From Camelus dromedarius (taxonomy: Eukaryota), in the NCBI RefSeq assembly GCF_036321535.1, contig NC_087436.1, forward strand, positions 64,792,001 to 64,852,000: a DNA stretch of 60,000 nt, in the 5' to 3' direction. This document shows positions 25,715 through 38,509 of this stretch, piece by piece. The first letter of the stretch is position 1. Every line of letters starts with the position of its first letter. Both the position numbers and the translations under genes were made by a program. The notes under the pieces are model-generated. The model did no database searches. It was not told the DNA's origin and saw only the letters and a list, made by a program, of their open reading frames with translations.

Positions 25715-26821
25715 CCTCTTATAATCTTATGGAAAGCATTACTCTCCTATCCTTTGAATTGGAAACAAATGGCACCAACCTGAGAAAACAAAGAAAAAAG
25801 AATGCAATCTATGCTGCTTTTTAATACGATACTGAACAAGATTTTTCCTCAACTTTCTAGCATCAAATGGTTATAAATACACCTTCCCCTACCTCCTTAG
25901 TGGTATTATAATATGGACACAGTGTTTGGGGGCCAGTTGATCTAAATGACACATATCAGGAATCCCACAGCAAAAGGAAGTATGTCATGGAGATATGGTC
26001 CAATACAAGCTACCTAAGATCCCATAAATATTAAGAGGTAGTCTGGAGCCCAAACCAAGAATGAACCACAAGGGGTCAGAGTGAGGGTTCAAGCTAGGGA
26101 CGCTGAGGTCGTGACAACTATTTGCATACTAACTGAGGCTGGGTTTTGGTAACACATTTAGGGAGCACCCACCTGTTGGCCATGCATGATGCTAAACCCT
26201 AGGGATATACATGGGAATGAAACCTACCATCAGGGAATTAAAAACTTTGTGGGAGAGGTATCTCCTTCAACAGGTAGCACTGAAGGATTTCTAAATTTAA
26301 AAAGCCTATATAAATCAGGAAGCACCTTGAGTGATTATAATTTGTTTACTTAATCAATTCGGAAATCATGCCGCTCCTCCACTCTACCTGCGATGTATGC
26401 CCATGATTCGGGAGGCATGCCCTTGATTACCTCCACTGCCATTTCATCCCATCTCTGTGCCATTTCAGCTTTTCACAGATGCTGGAATTTGGCTAGCTCT
26501 CTGAAGGTGCACCTGGAGCAGGACTTGCTTTGCATGGTAAAGTTAGTTGTCCATGTTTGGATGTGAGAAGAATTAAAGAATAGACAAACAGATCCTTTTA
26601 TTGCCATGCTTCCTTCACTATGGATGGAAAGGAACATCTTGCTTCATGATCTCAGGAAAGGAGGGGCTCCTGGCTTCTTCCTTCGTATGAGATAACCCTT
26701 CCCTAGAAGTCACTACATAGTCTCCAGAGAGAAGTTGCCCTCTAGCATTTTGTGCACCAGGCAGTTTTGAATAATATTAGTAACTTCCCTGTGGTCAGAT
26801 GCAGACTTTACCCATCAGCAG

Positions 26822-27347
26822 TGCAGGGGTGGAAAAAATGTTCCCTAGTCCTCTTCTGGTACCTGGCTGGGCCTGAAAGTTAAACTGACAAAAAACAATG
26901 AGCAGAAGAAAAATATACAAATTAATATAAATTTTATGTAACATGGGAGCCTTCATTAAGGAAATGAAGACCCAGAGAAACACACCTGAGTATTTTAATG
27001 CTAGGTAGATTTGATGAAGGATGCCCAGGGGTGTAGACATACTATAGACATACTCAGAGAGTATGAGGTAAGTATAACAAACTGGGGAAACTTAACAAGA
27101 CCTATTTGTGCAGATTCTTCTTGGCATCCTTTATCTTTGGAGGTGAAGATATTCCTTTCCTCCAGGTGTAGGGAGGGCACCTCTCACGTAGGGATTTCAT
27201 GGACTGTTTCAGGAAAGAAGGGCAAGGGTGGCAGGTGGAGGTCAGAGTGACCTTCCTGTTTCTGCCATTTTCTTAAGCTCCTTCAGCTTAAAATATTCAA
27301 TATGCCAAGGTGACATATTTTAGGGTAGCATGTCCTGAACCCCATCA
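26822..27347 (-). mobile_element. ERV1 solo LTR (MER34-like) inserted in L2
   Basis: Reverse complement starts TGATGGGGTTCAGGACATGCTACCCTAAAATATG; perfect TSD gcag (26818-26821 / 27348-27351). Confidence 0.85.
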
Positions 27348-27870
27348 GCAGCATTTAAAACATTTGATTATTCCCTTCTCCATAAAACACTTTCTTCTCC
27401 TGACTTCCAGGATAGAATGCTCTCTTGGTTCTCCTCTACCTTACGAGCTGTTCCTCCTGAGCCTGCTCTGTTGATTTCATTCTTCCTAATGTCTACGAGT
27501 TAAAGTGCTCAGGGCTCAGTCTTGAAGCTTGTATCCTGTCAGCCTATCTACTTGCTTACAGTGATCTCATGAAATCACATACACGGATGGCCTCAAATAA
27601 CATTTGATATCGCGATGACTCTAAATTGGTATCTCCAGCCTGATCTGTTTCCATGAAATACAGGCATGTACACATGCATAGACATCTCCACTTAGATTCG
27701 CAAATGAATACATCAAAAACCATGTTCCTGATTTCTCTTCTTAAACTTAGTTTTCTCATCTATAATTGTCCCTCCTAGTAAAAGTCAGTTCCATTATTCT
27801 AGCTGCTCAGCCAAAAACTGTGAAGTATCATTGATGTCTCTCTATAGTTCCCACCCTACATTCAAACCAA
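27348..27870 (+). mobile_element. L2 ORF2 (RT region) fragment
   Basis: gcagcatttaaaacatttgattattcccttctc..ggttctcctctacc..cagggctcagtctt..tatcgcgatgactctaaatt (decayed YADD)..gacatctccacttagat. Confidence 0.8.
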
Positions 27871-28725
27871 TAGTAATGTTGAGCATCTTTTCATTTACAT
27901 GCTCACCATTTGGATGTCTTTTTTGGAGAAATGTCTATTCAGATCCTATGCCCATTTTAAAATCAGATTGTTTTTTGCTGTTGAGTTGTATAAGTTCCAT
28001 ATATATTTTGGATGTTAGCCCTTTATCAGATGTATGATTTGCAAATATTTTCTTCTGTTACATAAATAACAATAATATAACAATAAGCCTTTTAATTTTG
28101 TTGGTTGTCTCATTTGCTGTGCAGAAGTTTTTTAGTTTGATGTAGTCTCAATTATTTTTGCTTTTGTTGCTTGTGCCTTTTGTGTCAGATTCAAAAACTT
28201 GTCTCCAAGACCAAAATCAAGGAGCTTCTCCCCTATGCTTTCTTCTGCTTTCCAGTGTAATGTTTAAATCTTTAATCAATATTGAGTTAATTTTTGTGCA
28301 TGGTGTAAGTAGAGGTTTGATTTCATTTCATGAGACTATCCAGTTTTCTCAACACCATTTATTGAAGAGATTATCCTTTCCTCACTGATTATTCTTGACT
28401 CCTTTTCAAATATTAGTTGACTGTATATGTGAAGGTCTATTTCTGTGCTCATGAATTTGTTCCATTGTCTATGAATCTATTTTTATGCCAGTTCCATACT
28501 GTTTTGATTACTGTAGCATTCCAGTATAGTTTGAAATTAGGAAGTGTGATGTTTCCAGCTTTGTTCTTTCTCAGGATTGCTTTGGCTATTTTGGGTCTTC
28601 TGTGGTTCCACAAAAATTTTAGGGTTGTATTTTCTATTACTGTGAAAACTGCCATTAGAATTTTGACAGGAATTTCACTGAATCTATAGATACTTTTGAG
28701 TAGCATGGATATTTTAACAATATTA
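27871..28725 (-). mobile_element. Old L1 ORF2 fragment
   Basis: ORF 28449-28745 ([65 protein letters not shown]) is recognisable L1 ORF2p downstream of the RT; stops and frameshifts elsewhere. Confidence 0.9.
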
Positions 28726-28811
28726 ACAACAATATTTGTTACCAATATGTAGAATTATTAATAATATTTGTTAAATTGTCTTAAGATATGCTTGAAAAGA
28801 TTTAGAAAAAG

Positions 28812-28852
28812 AATTCTAATTCTAATTCTAATTCTAATTCTAATTCTAATTC
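28812..28852 (+). repeat. (AATTCT)n hexanucleotide microsatellite, about 6.8 perfect copies
   Basis: Read directly from the sequence. Confidence 0.95.
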
Positions 28853-30267
28853 CTACTACATAAAACTGAGTGCTAATCTATTTTCAGAAAAAAGATTTCT
28901 TAAAAAAATCTACCTCAAGTGAAAGGGGCTCTTTCCTGGACAGTGTAGATCATGGGATGCAGAACAGTTTCTTGGCCACCTGGCTCTTCCATCTTCTACA
29001 GGTTGCACGAGGAAGACTCATGTCAATTTGGTTAGTCACTGTGTTATGGTTGGTGTATTTCCTTTTTAACTTTAACAGATTGTATTTGAATAAATGACAA
29101 GCAAACATATTTCTGTGATGGCCTGGTGTTGCTCACCTGGTTTACAAACACCCAGGGATGTTGAGTTTAGGAGCTGCCAAGACTTTCAGCACCCCCGAGG
29201 CTCTTTTTGGTCTGTGTCAGCTGTGCTTCTCAGGTGGGGTTGATGACTGTTCTTTCTAGAACTTGACAATTATATTTCTAGTATGTGAGGAGTGTTTCTA
29301 ACTGCTCTCAGTGATAGGCTTAATCTAGGAGTAACAAAAATTTTTATTTTTGTTCCCCCGGGGCCTTCAGCACTTCAACATGTGGGACCAGAAACTGTCT
29401 TTTTTAAGAAGTGAGAGAAATTGCAAGTATGTCTAAACAATTTGGGGGAAATATAATCTGTGAAAACAGTTTCATTATTCAACACTTCTGCAATGTGAAA
29501 ATGAAATAAACAAAACAAAACCAAAGCACCATGGGACCAAGTAGTTTGTAAAATAGATGGAAGAACTAAAGCCTGCATGTTTTTGGTGGTTTCAGATACT
29601 TATCGTGAAGTCAATAGGGAAGAGAATGTAAGCAAATGATTTCATGCCTATATGCCAGGAAAATAACCCTAGAGGTACTGAATTATCTGTGTCTAAACAA
29701 TATGCAGAATTTGTCCAGTTTCTTAAACTTATATTTGTAAGAAATATCTAAAGAAGGGTTGCTTGGCTTTCTTAACTTTTAATTCCTTGTTAGATACAGT
29801 TTTACATGTTTTGATGGAGTTGAAAGGCAGTTCAATTATGCTTTATAATTACAAAATATTTTTGCTGGAGAAAATGTCACACCCTAAAGTTCAGAAAGAT
29901 TGTAAAAAGGTAAAAAAAATCTTGAAAGATCTGTCTAAGGAAGTGAATATTCAGATTAATTTATCAGTGAAATGATTGAAAGTCTAGGTCCCAGTTTTAG
30001 TTATCTTTAAGTCTTTAACATATATTTTAATAGTTTTATTGAGTACAAATTAACCTTTTAAAATATCTTAAACACCTTTTAAAAAATTCTGGTTCTCTCT
30101 ACTATAATTTAGATTAAATATTAGGTAAAGCTAGACATAGATGATAAACCCTTTAAGGAAAATATATTTACTTCATGTATGTTTTCTATTTTCTAAAATA
30201 ATCCCAAATTTATATAGATTTTTAACATAATTTGACAGTGTTTGGCATAACACTTGGCATATAGTGG

Positions 30268-30785
30268 TTACATCAGTTTGGATTCTGGGTTGCAAGCCAC
30301 AAAACAATACCTGGCTAACTTATCAGAAAAGAAGCTTCTTGGAATTGTATCAGGCCATCACTCACAGACTTGATGGGACAACTGGAGAATCAGGCTCAGA
30401 GAATGAACAGGAAACAAGGAAGCATCAGTATCAAGATTTCCAGCTTTGATCACATTGCAAAGTTGCCTGACTGGGTCTCTGTGACAAAACATGGCTGCAG
30501 CTGAAATTTGCTCCCCCAGGAATATATTAAAACCATGCCTTTGTTTTCACACCACAAGTTTTCACGACCATCCTAATATTCAGTGTCCTAGGTAGCAGCA
30601 TTAAGTTGACTGGTACTAGGTCGGGTGCCCGGTCCCTGACTGCCAAGGTCAAGGAGAGACAGAATTTGGGCCCTTCAGCTAACCAATTTACATTCCAACT
30701 GAGACTCCAACAATGGAACAATCCCTTCCACCAAATAAGAAACTTTGAATAACTGGAAACAAAAGACAAACAAATGTTCTCTAAA
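30268..30785 (-). mobile_element. Old MaLR LTR (MLT1K/L/N-like)
   Basis: catcagtttggattctgggttgcaagccacaaaacaatacctggctaactta..ggagaatcaggctcagaga. Confidence 0.5.
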
Positions 30786-30806
30786 CCTGGCATTCTCTAA
30801 TATAGA

Positions 30807-31469
30807 CAGTTGATTATTTTTATTCATGGTAGTTATGTTCTAAAACTCTCCTTGAACACTGAGTTAGACAACACTAAGCATTGCATTTAGGGAAGAACAC
30901 AGGGTTCATTTCCTGTGAGCCTCTGCTTACAACATTTTCATCAGCTGATCAACATGTAACTTTGTTTTATTTGTGTTTATGTGTAAAGACACCCTATTTA
31001 ACATATATTGTTGATTCATTAACCTCGGACCTGTGGCCAACAGCACTGTAACTGATGCCTGCATGAAGCTTGTCTGACACACATATTTTCTCCATAAGGA
31101 ACATCACAACCTTCTTGCCTTTAGTAACACCAGATAGCACTTTGGCACTATGCTTGGGGGTATTTAAAAACATCAAAATCATCAACAAAAAGCACAAAAA
31201 TGCAAAAAGAAAAAAGTTTGGTGTTAAATAAACTGTGAAAATGACACTTGCTTGCAGTATGAGAGCTAAAACAAGAATAGAGTGTTGCCTTGTTCAGTTT
31301 CCGAAGGGAATGTGAGTGCCGGCAACTGAAATGTTTTTCTGCTCTGTGCTTGAGAATATCTCCAAATGGCAGTGAAAGTGCCATGAGTATTGATTTTGAG
31401 GTTACAAATAAATTTTAGCAAGTAGATGAATAAACAAATGTGAAATTACTGAATAATGAGGATAGGCTG
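30807..31469 (-). mobile_element. MER82 (TcMar-Tigger) DNA transposon, near full length, with a transposase N-terminal HTH relic
   Basis: Terminal inverted repeats cagttgattatttttattca / gaataatgaggataggctg, followed by TA. ORF 30994-31197 (KKVVMFLMEKICVSDKLHAGISYSAVGHRSEVNESTIYVK) is a CENP-B/psq-type HTH. Confidence 0.9.
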
Positions 31470-32829
31470 TATATATGTGTGTATATATGTATGTATGTAT
31501 ATTTAATAAATTGTGCTGTGATTTTGCAAACTAAAAAGCATACACATACATATAAAAACAAATTGTAAGTCAGTGATCTAACATATCTAAAAATTCTGTA
31601 TTGGCATTGACACCTTTTAACATTTAAAATTCTTAGTATATTTCTATTATTAGATAAATGTGATAATGTGGAAAGTTATATGTCTCTTCTCTGTTTGGTT
31701 GTCCAGGTTAATTGCTAATACTTTGAAAACGTTTTTATATCTTTAATTTTGCTCTGTTATGTCAAAATCTCTTAGCCTTCATTAAGGTATTCATTACAAA
31801 AAGCTAGTACCCAAGACTTGTATACTATTTTCAATTTCTAAACTACATTTAAAGGTAATTATCTAACTAATTAATTGCTTTCCTTTGTTCAAGGATACTC
31901 AGATTGAAATAATTTTTTTTTTTTTTATTTACACATCTGATGGGTTGGATAGATCTCATCAGTTAAATGAGTTCCCAGAACATCTGGCAAATTAAAGATA
32001 TCCAACCATAAATAAACCTGATTCCTGTCAATGTTCCCACCTTTGGTTTCTTTCTGGGCATTAGCAGCAAGTCAATATGGCTTAGTGTTCTCAATACTTT
32101 AATGTTTTCAGTCTTTTTCAGCTTTTTCTTGGATCACGAACTTTTGACCTTTGGTTTGTGTCAATGAAGATAATAATATGAGATATATTTTATGATGAAA
32201 TGAGGAGAAAGAACTATCAGGCCCCAAAACCATGTTCCAGATGGAACACCTTGCCTGCCCTACAGTTAACGTTGGTTTTGTTGACAACTCTGACAAAGGT
32301 GGATCAGAAGGATAGTGCCAGGACTGATTTGAAGCAAAGGTTTGGATCAAGGATAAAGTGGGTCTTTACATCAACATGAAGCTGGACCAAAAAATCACAG
32401 TAGGTAGAAGCGGTCTGGCAGACACCTCTAGATTCTGAAGAGAGCCTGCTGAAATACATATCAGAAGGTAGAATTCAACAGCTAAGAAATCAGAGAACGA
32501 ATATGAATTATTTGAGAAATTGCAGGATGCTTGGCCTCTGCTTCATTTTATACTACCTCCTACAGTGTGGGCTCAGGTCTGGAGATAGAATTTAAAGCAA
32601 GAAAGAGGTCGGAAGTTTGCAGGATAAGGTCAGACATGTTAAAATAATCTTTTGAAAATAATAGCTCTACAATAAAATTAGGTACAAGTGTATGAATTTC
32701 TGAAGAAAAGTGAATTCAGTTCTTGGAAAATAATAAAGAAAAATGGCAAAGACTCTAAGACCTAATATTTCATATATTGATTTATCTGAAGTAAAAGCAA
32801 TTTCTCATTTCTAAAATAAAAAAGGAATA

Positions 32830-33008
32830 CCAGACTTCATTGATTTTAAGATGCATTTTTTTTTCACATTTTTAACAACTCTGAAACCTGGAAGCATCTT
32901 ACAGTTAATGGGATCCTTCAATTAAAACTGAGTATTTTTTTTCTTCATGAAACATAAAATAATGAGACACATTATAATCAAAGGTAACATAGTTTTGATT
33001 AAATACAG
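32830..33008 (+). mobile_element. MER104-like (TcMar-Tc2) MITE
   Basis: About 180 bp flanked by TA on both sides; ttcattgattttaagatgcatttttttttcacatttttaacaactctgaaa..gcatcttaca terminus. Confidence 0.75.
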
Positions 33009-34164
33009 TAATATGTCTTAAATTTAGAAACAGTAATTCTTTAGTAAAAGTAAGATTAATAAACTATACAACATTAACATTTAAAAATAAATTTAATATA
33101 ATACGTTATAATTTAAATCTAGAGATTGGTGGACCCCGTTCAAGGGTTAACTTTCTGTTATTTTGCACACAATTCTTTTTTTATATGTGTGTGTATATTT
33201 TTCTCCATAAAGAGTCTTTAGATTTCATCCACTTCTAAATCAGTATTCAAAAACTGAAAAACATCTTAAATATTTAAGATGGTTAATTTTAATATTCCAA
33301 ATAATAATTATATAGTAGGTATTTCCTAATTATTACATTAAAGAATTTATATAGTTAGTATTTTTTTTTTGATTCTTCATTACTCTACTAACAGATGTAA
33401 GTCCACCTAAATTTATAGTTGACTCTATCACTTATACTCAAGAAGTAAAAGTAGAAAGGACCTTCTGCTGTTCGACTTCTCAAATATATCCCTATATTAC
33501 CTTTTAGTGTCTAGAAAACAGTGTCAATTTGCATATTGACATTTTAAAAAGATAAGGATAAATCTAACTTTGTAATTTAGAATAACTTCCTCTAATTTAA
33601 AAACAATTTTTTTTTCTAAAATACATACAATGGGAGAAAAAATATCAAACAAAATTGAACCATATTCATACCCTCATTTTAGGTGGGGGAAGAAGCATTG
33701 GTCGGGGTAGATAAATTTTTTTAAGAAGCAAACTTAGAATAATAGAGCATTTGGTTATGAAGTTCAAAGGCCAGGCTTCTTTGGAAAGGTGACAAAAAAG
33801 ATATTCTTCAAAACAGTAGCAGGAAATTTGAGTTGTTCTTTGTCTATTAAAGACTCGAGAGGGAGGACTTTGGTTGGCTTCATAAGATTCAAAGCAGAGA
33901 GGAAATGGGAAAGGTGGCCCTAAAAGAGGAATAACAATGTGAGAAACTGGGGGACAAAGAAAGGAAGGTAAGAGATTCTTTGTGGCAGTGATGGCTAGGA
34001 ATATAGGAACAATAATGGCCACAGTTCAATTTCTAATCTTTATTTTTTTTGTTATGCAGTAATGATGCTCCAGTATATTTTGGATTTGGTAGAAATTTTA
34101 CGCAACAGCCTTATGCTAGTTACACGTTGGGGAACAAAACAGAGGCAGTGCAGACATGTTTAGG

Positions 34165-34335
34165 GGCATAGCCTATGTAGCCAGGCCTGCCTGGGCTCAA
34201 ATCCCAGCCTCTCCGTGCCAGGTTTATTTTAGCTCCAAAACGGGAGTAAAGTGTGCTTAATCCACAGAGTTGTTTCCAGGATTAAATCAGTTAATGCACA
34301 TGAAGTTCTTACATCACTGGTAGGCATAGTATAAA
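34165..34335 (+). mobile_element. MIR SINE
   Basis: ctgcctgggctcaaatcccagcctct..aaaacgggagtaa..cacagagttgtttccaggattaaatcagttaatgcacatgaagt. Confidence 0.7.
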
Positions 34336-37300
34336 AATTAAATACAAAGTTGAAGGTAAAATCATACATAGAGAAGGGGAGAAACCGGAGGTAGCATTAG
34401 GTTTTACTAAGTAATTTAAAATTGAACCGAGAACAGGGACATAGTGTAAAGCATCCATGCAGGTCTGAGTCCCTTCTGCAAATGTCCCTTCTCATTCTCG
34501 TGGTACCTCAGGAAGACTTAGAAATAGCAGGAAGACGAATGAATCTGCTCCCATGGAATGGAGGCTTGAGTTGTGTTAATAAAGGGTATTAAAAAAGGGT
34601 AAACTCTAGAAGGCTGCATGACTTCAGAATGTTCTGGTTATGTCTGCAACATAGAAAGTAAAATATTTCAGTCATCTTGTTCCTCAGAAATACCCTTTAT
34701 TGAGAATTTAATGTCCAGAATGTACTTTTTTTTTCCTTCATAGTCCTAATAAAATTATGTTACTTTTGAGGAAGATAAATACGTGACCAACAGTCATTTT
34801 CATTACCCTGAATGACTAGCATGAAAATACTTGTCCATTATTATCGTAGTTGAGGGAAGATGCTGCTCTGAATATTGGGAGACATAGGTCTTCTGGCTTT
34901 AACTTGTGGTATCCTATGTAAATTGCTTTATATCTCAAGAATTTAATTTCATCATATTCTGAATGAAAATATCTAGCTAAATTATCCCTAAAGCACTTTC
35001 TGCATCTAAAATTACATAATTTTAGGTGTTCAATAGCAATCTGGTTGATTGAATTATAACAAAAGTAGTTTTATTTCTAAAGGCAAGTCTTTTTCTTTTT
35101 CTTTTTTGACAATGGTTATTCAGTCGCCCATACCCGACAACGTCTAGGTTTCATCAAACAAGTCGCAAGTCTAAACACTTCAGGTCACCTGAGAATATGA
35201 TTCTTAATGATTTTTTTCTGTATTAGATAGTATTAACATCTCAATTGTATTGATTTACATACCTCTTCATTCTTTTAATCATGAAAGATTGGATGAGGGG
35301 CTGAGTTTTTAACCTAATAGCTGTACTTGGCTACGGGCACTCCTGACAATCTCAGTAGACAGGAGGACATTTGATGGAGGTAGACTGACTTACCCTACCT
35401 ATTTCTGAAGAGTCTTCAATCAGAACAATCAATCAGTAACAATTGGTGTTATAACTGGTGGTGGCAGTGGAAAACGAAGCAGGAAGATCTATAACAAAAT
35501 CTGGGGAAAATAAAATGAAAAGAAAGGGTTGGCCAGAGATAAAACCAGGCAAAGCATTAATTTCTAGAATTTTTCTTCTCCAACTTCCTAAAGATTTTGC
35601 CTCTGTTATCCTTTACCACCCAATCCACAGCACCCAATTGCTGTAGATAGATGTTCCTTAGAAAGAGTAGGACATAAAGGCATTATTTGTTTAACTATTG
35701 GTGTTTAAGCCATCATGTTTGTTTCTGGCATCAGGACCAGAGGCCACTTTGGGGAATATTGTGGGAATCTAGAGTTGGGAGAGCCCATGGCATGCAGTTA
35801 ACTGAGTGAGAATTATAGACACATGGGTGGGTGGCAGAGTTGGTAGAAGAGAATGGTTCATGGAGGGAAGAGGAGCTAATACGTGAGTTCTCTGAAAACT
35901 TCCTTTGAGTCTTATATTCTTCCTGAAAGCTGGTCCCCAATCAAAGTTCCTAAGGAAACTGGGCTAATCCAAATGTAGATGCTCTAATCTGAGATGATGC
36001 TTTGAATTTATTTATTCAGCTGAAGACATTTACTCTTGATATATGTTATTTTAGGATTATGATGCCAGATGTTTCTTGTGCAGGATGCTGGCAATGAAAT
36101 TCTTCACATATTTACCTTTTGATATTTATCTGGGAGGCTTTGCCTGAATGCCACATGACCGGAATCAAAATAAATATACAATCCAACTTTTTGAAACTTA
36201 AAATTTAGTAACTCTTTTCACAGAGGTACGTTTATTTAACTTAATATAATTGATAGTAAGCAGTTTTGTCAATTTTTGTTGATTTTATCCTGTCTGCTTC
36301 ATACCCTGTGAAATAAAATTAAAAATATATAATTACAGTCCTCTTGGTAGGCTGTTGACTATTTTGAGTTAAAAAGCATTCTGTGCTGGCAGCAGAAACA
36401 CAGCAGCAGTGGTCTAATTTCCTCTAATCCACTAGGTGCCTGCTTAATTACAACCTTCCATTTACTGGCTCTTTGGCTGTATTCCATCTTTGCTTGTATA
36501 TTTTTTTCATTCGGTTTATTGTCCATTTCTATTTCATCGAATAACAGACTGTGCCTGTTTTGCTCCCTAGCTTGCACACATTCAGTTGAGCCATTTCTAT
36601 ATTTTGTTATAGAATTGATTTTAACTTTTTTTTGACTCAGAGAAGAAAGACATTTATAATAAAGTTTAGTCTTTAAAAGGTTTTTTTTTTTTAAATATCA
36701 GAACATAATGGGAAATAACAGAGGAGTTTAAAATTATTTTGACTGTCAAATTGATGAGTTAGGTGGTAGATACTGGGGGAAAAAATAAAGAGTTGCTGGT
36801 AGAAGAGTTTTGCTGCCATATAATGTATTTTGCTAATTAGTTTTAATGAAAGACTCAGAACTAGTTTTCAGAACTATCTTATGTATGTATATAGATCATA
36901 TAATTCTTCAGACCAACCAAATAGTGGATGAAGTCAATAAATGAAAAATAAAATATTTATTCATTCAGTATGCATTGATTATTTGTTTAAGTACTTATTG
37001 ATTATATGCATGTAATTATATGCATATAAAATATATGGAATTTACAGCTGAAACAGTGTTGTCATTTTTATGGTGCTAAAATTATACAGGATGTGTTAGA
37101 TTCAATAGAATTAATGATATTGGGTTTGGTTTACAGTAAATTTCAGTAAATTTATTCAACTTACTTAGATTGTAATCCATATGAAGGCAGGGGTCTTGTT
37201 TAACGTTTTTAGCACCATAGTCTGAGACTCATGCTAAATATAATGCCTGGCAATCGATATGAGGATTTAAGTGAATTTTTCCTATACAGACATAAAAAAG

Positions 37301-37544
37301 ATAAACACTTACTGATTTAACAATACGCAGCTGGATATACACAATGAATTCTGGCCAAATGCAGGATGAGTTTAACCTTGTGAAGGTTGTTGTCGGCTGT
37401 TATGAGAAGACAAAAATCAGGAAGGTTAGAGAGAAGCAGAGACAGAGAAAGTTCTACCTAGAAGCTAATAATTCAAATGTTAGCTTTTTAGATTAAAAAA
37501 TTTATAACACAAATGTAAGCTTTCTTAGCTTAAAAAAGAAGATG

Positions 37545-37740
37545 CTAGGAGTTGGGGGAGGTATCATTTGGAAAGGGGAACAAAGGATTACTTTAGAGTG
37601 ATGAACACGTTCTATAGCTTGATTGTGGTGGTGGTTATATGAGTACATAACATTTGCTGAAACCCACAGAACTAGTCACTCATAATGGATGCTTTATACT
37701 GTTTGTAAGTTATATTCCTCAATATGTTTGATTTTTAAAT
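37545..37740 (+). mobile_element. Old L1 (L1MC/ME) 3' end
   Basis: gtgatgaacacgttctatagcttgattgtggtggtggttatatgagt..tttgctgaaacccacagaact..tgtaagttatattcctcaat. Confidence 0.75.
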
Positions 37741-38509
37741 AAATAAGGCCTGATAATGTGCCTTTTTAAAAAACTTTAGCTGGAGAAACATTTTACAACC
37801 TGACTGGAAGCCTGACCTGGAAATAATTTGTCAACTTGGAACTTGTTGACTAGAAAATCAACGACTCTTGTCATTTTCATTTTATTCTTTCACCTTTTCT
37901 GGCTCTCAGCCACTGTGGAAAACAGTAGAGGCTAGAAAGGACCAAGTTATCTCAAGACAGAGTAATTAAGCTCTTTAATTACTGTTAGAGAATGAATTAG
38001 ACATTAGGGTCATTCAATATAACTCATTGCGTTTCTGGAAAAAAAACATTTTTACAATGACATCAAAATTCCATTTCTGTTTAAGAGAGTTTTTAATCTC
38101 TAATTTTGCTGTCATGTCTCACTTTCATTCAGTCAACAACAGACCTTCCTCATTTGCTCGGACTATGCTTTGAGGGTCTGATCATAAAGCTCTGTCTGCC
38201 TTCAAGTTGTATGATTCTTTCAGTTTTCCCACTGGAATGCAAACTCACTGTTCTAACTTTAGCAATGAAGTCACCATGAAGCAATGAAGTCACCATGTCA
38301 TCTCCTGTAAATAAATAAGTGACTTACTCTCTCCAGTGGATATTTTGAACTTCCTTTGAGATAGTCTAGATCAGACAATTTGGGATTTGTTTCATTTTGT
38401 TTGCTACTATGTTCTATAAAAAAGCATGTAATATGTTCTCATTTAATTCTTGGCCTCCATTGTCTTACATTAGAATGCCAATTCTATTTGTATCTAGGAT
38501 CTATGGGTA

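Noticed and set aside
26480..26537. Possible 58-nt plus-strand exon (tttcacag|ATGCTGG..GCATG|gtaaag)
   Set aside because: The donor is weak, the peptide is unrecognised and there are no supporting exons; such matches are expected by chance.
28812..28852. Telomere-like or CRISPR-like array
   Set aside because: The unit is TTAGAA, not TTAGGG, and there are no spacers; it is a simple microsatellite in a eukaryotic genome.
32060..32630. Possible old LTR
   Set aside because: The texture is suggestive, but I could not identify termini, TSD or family.
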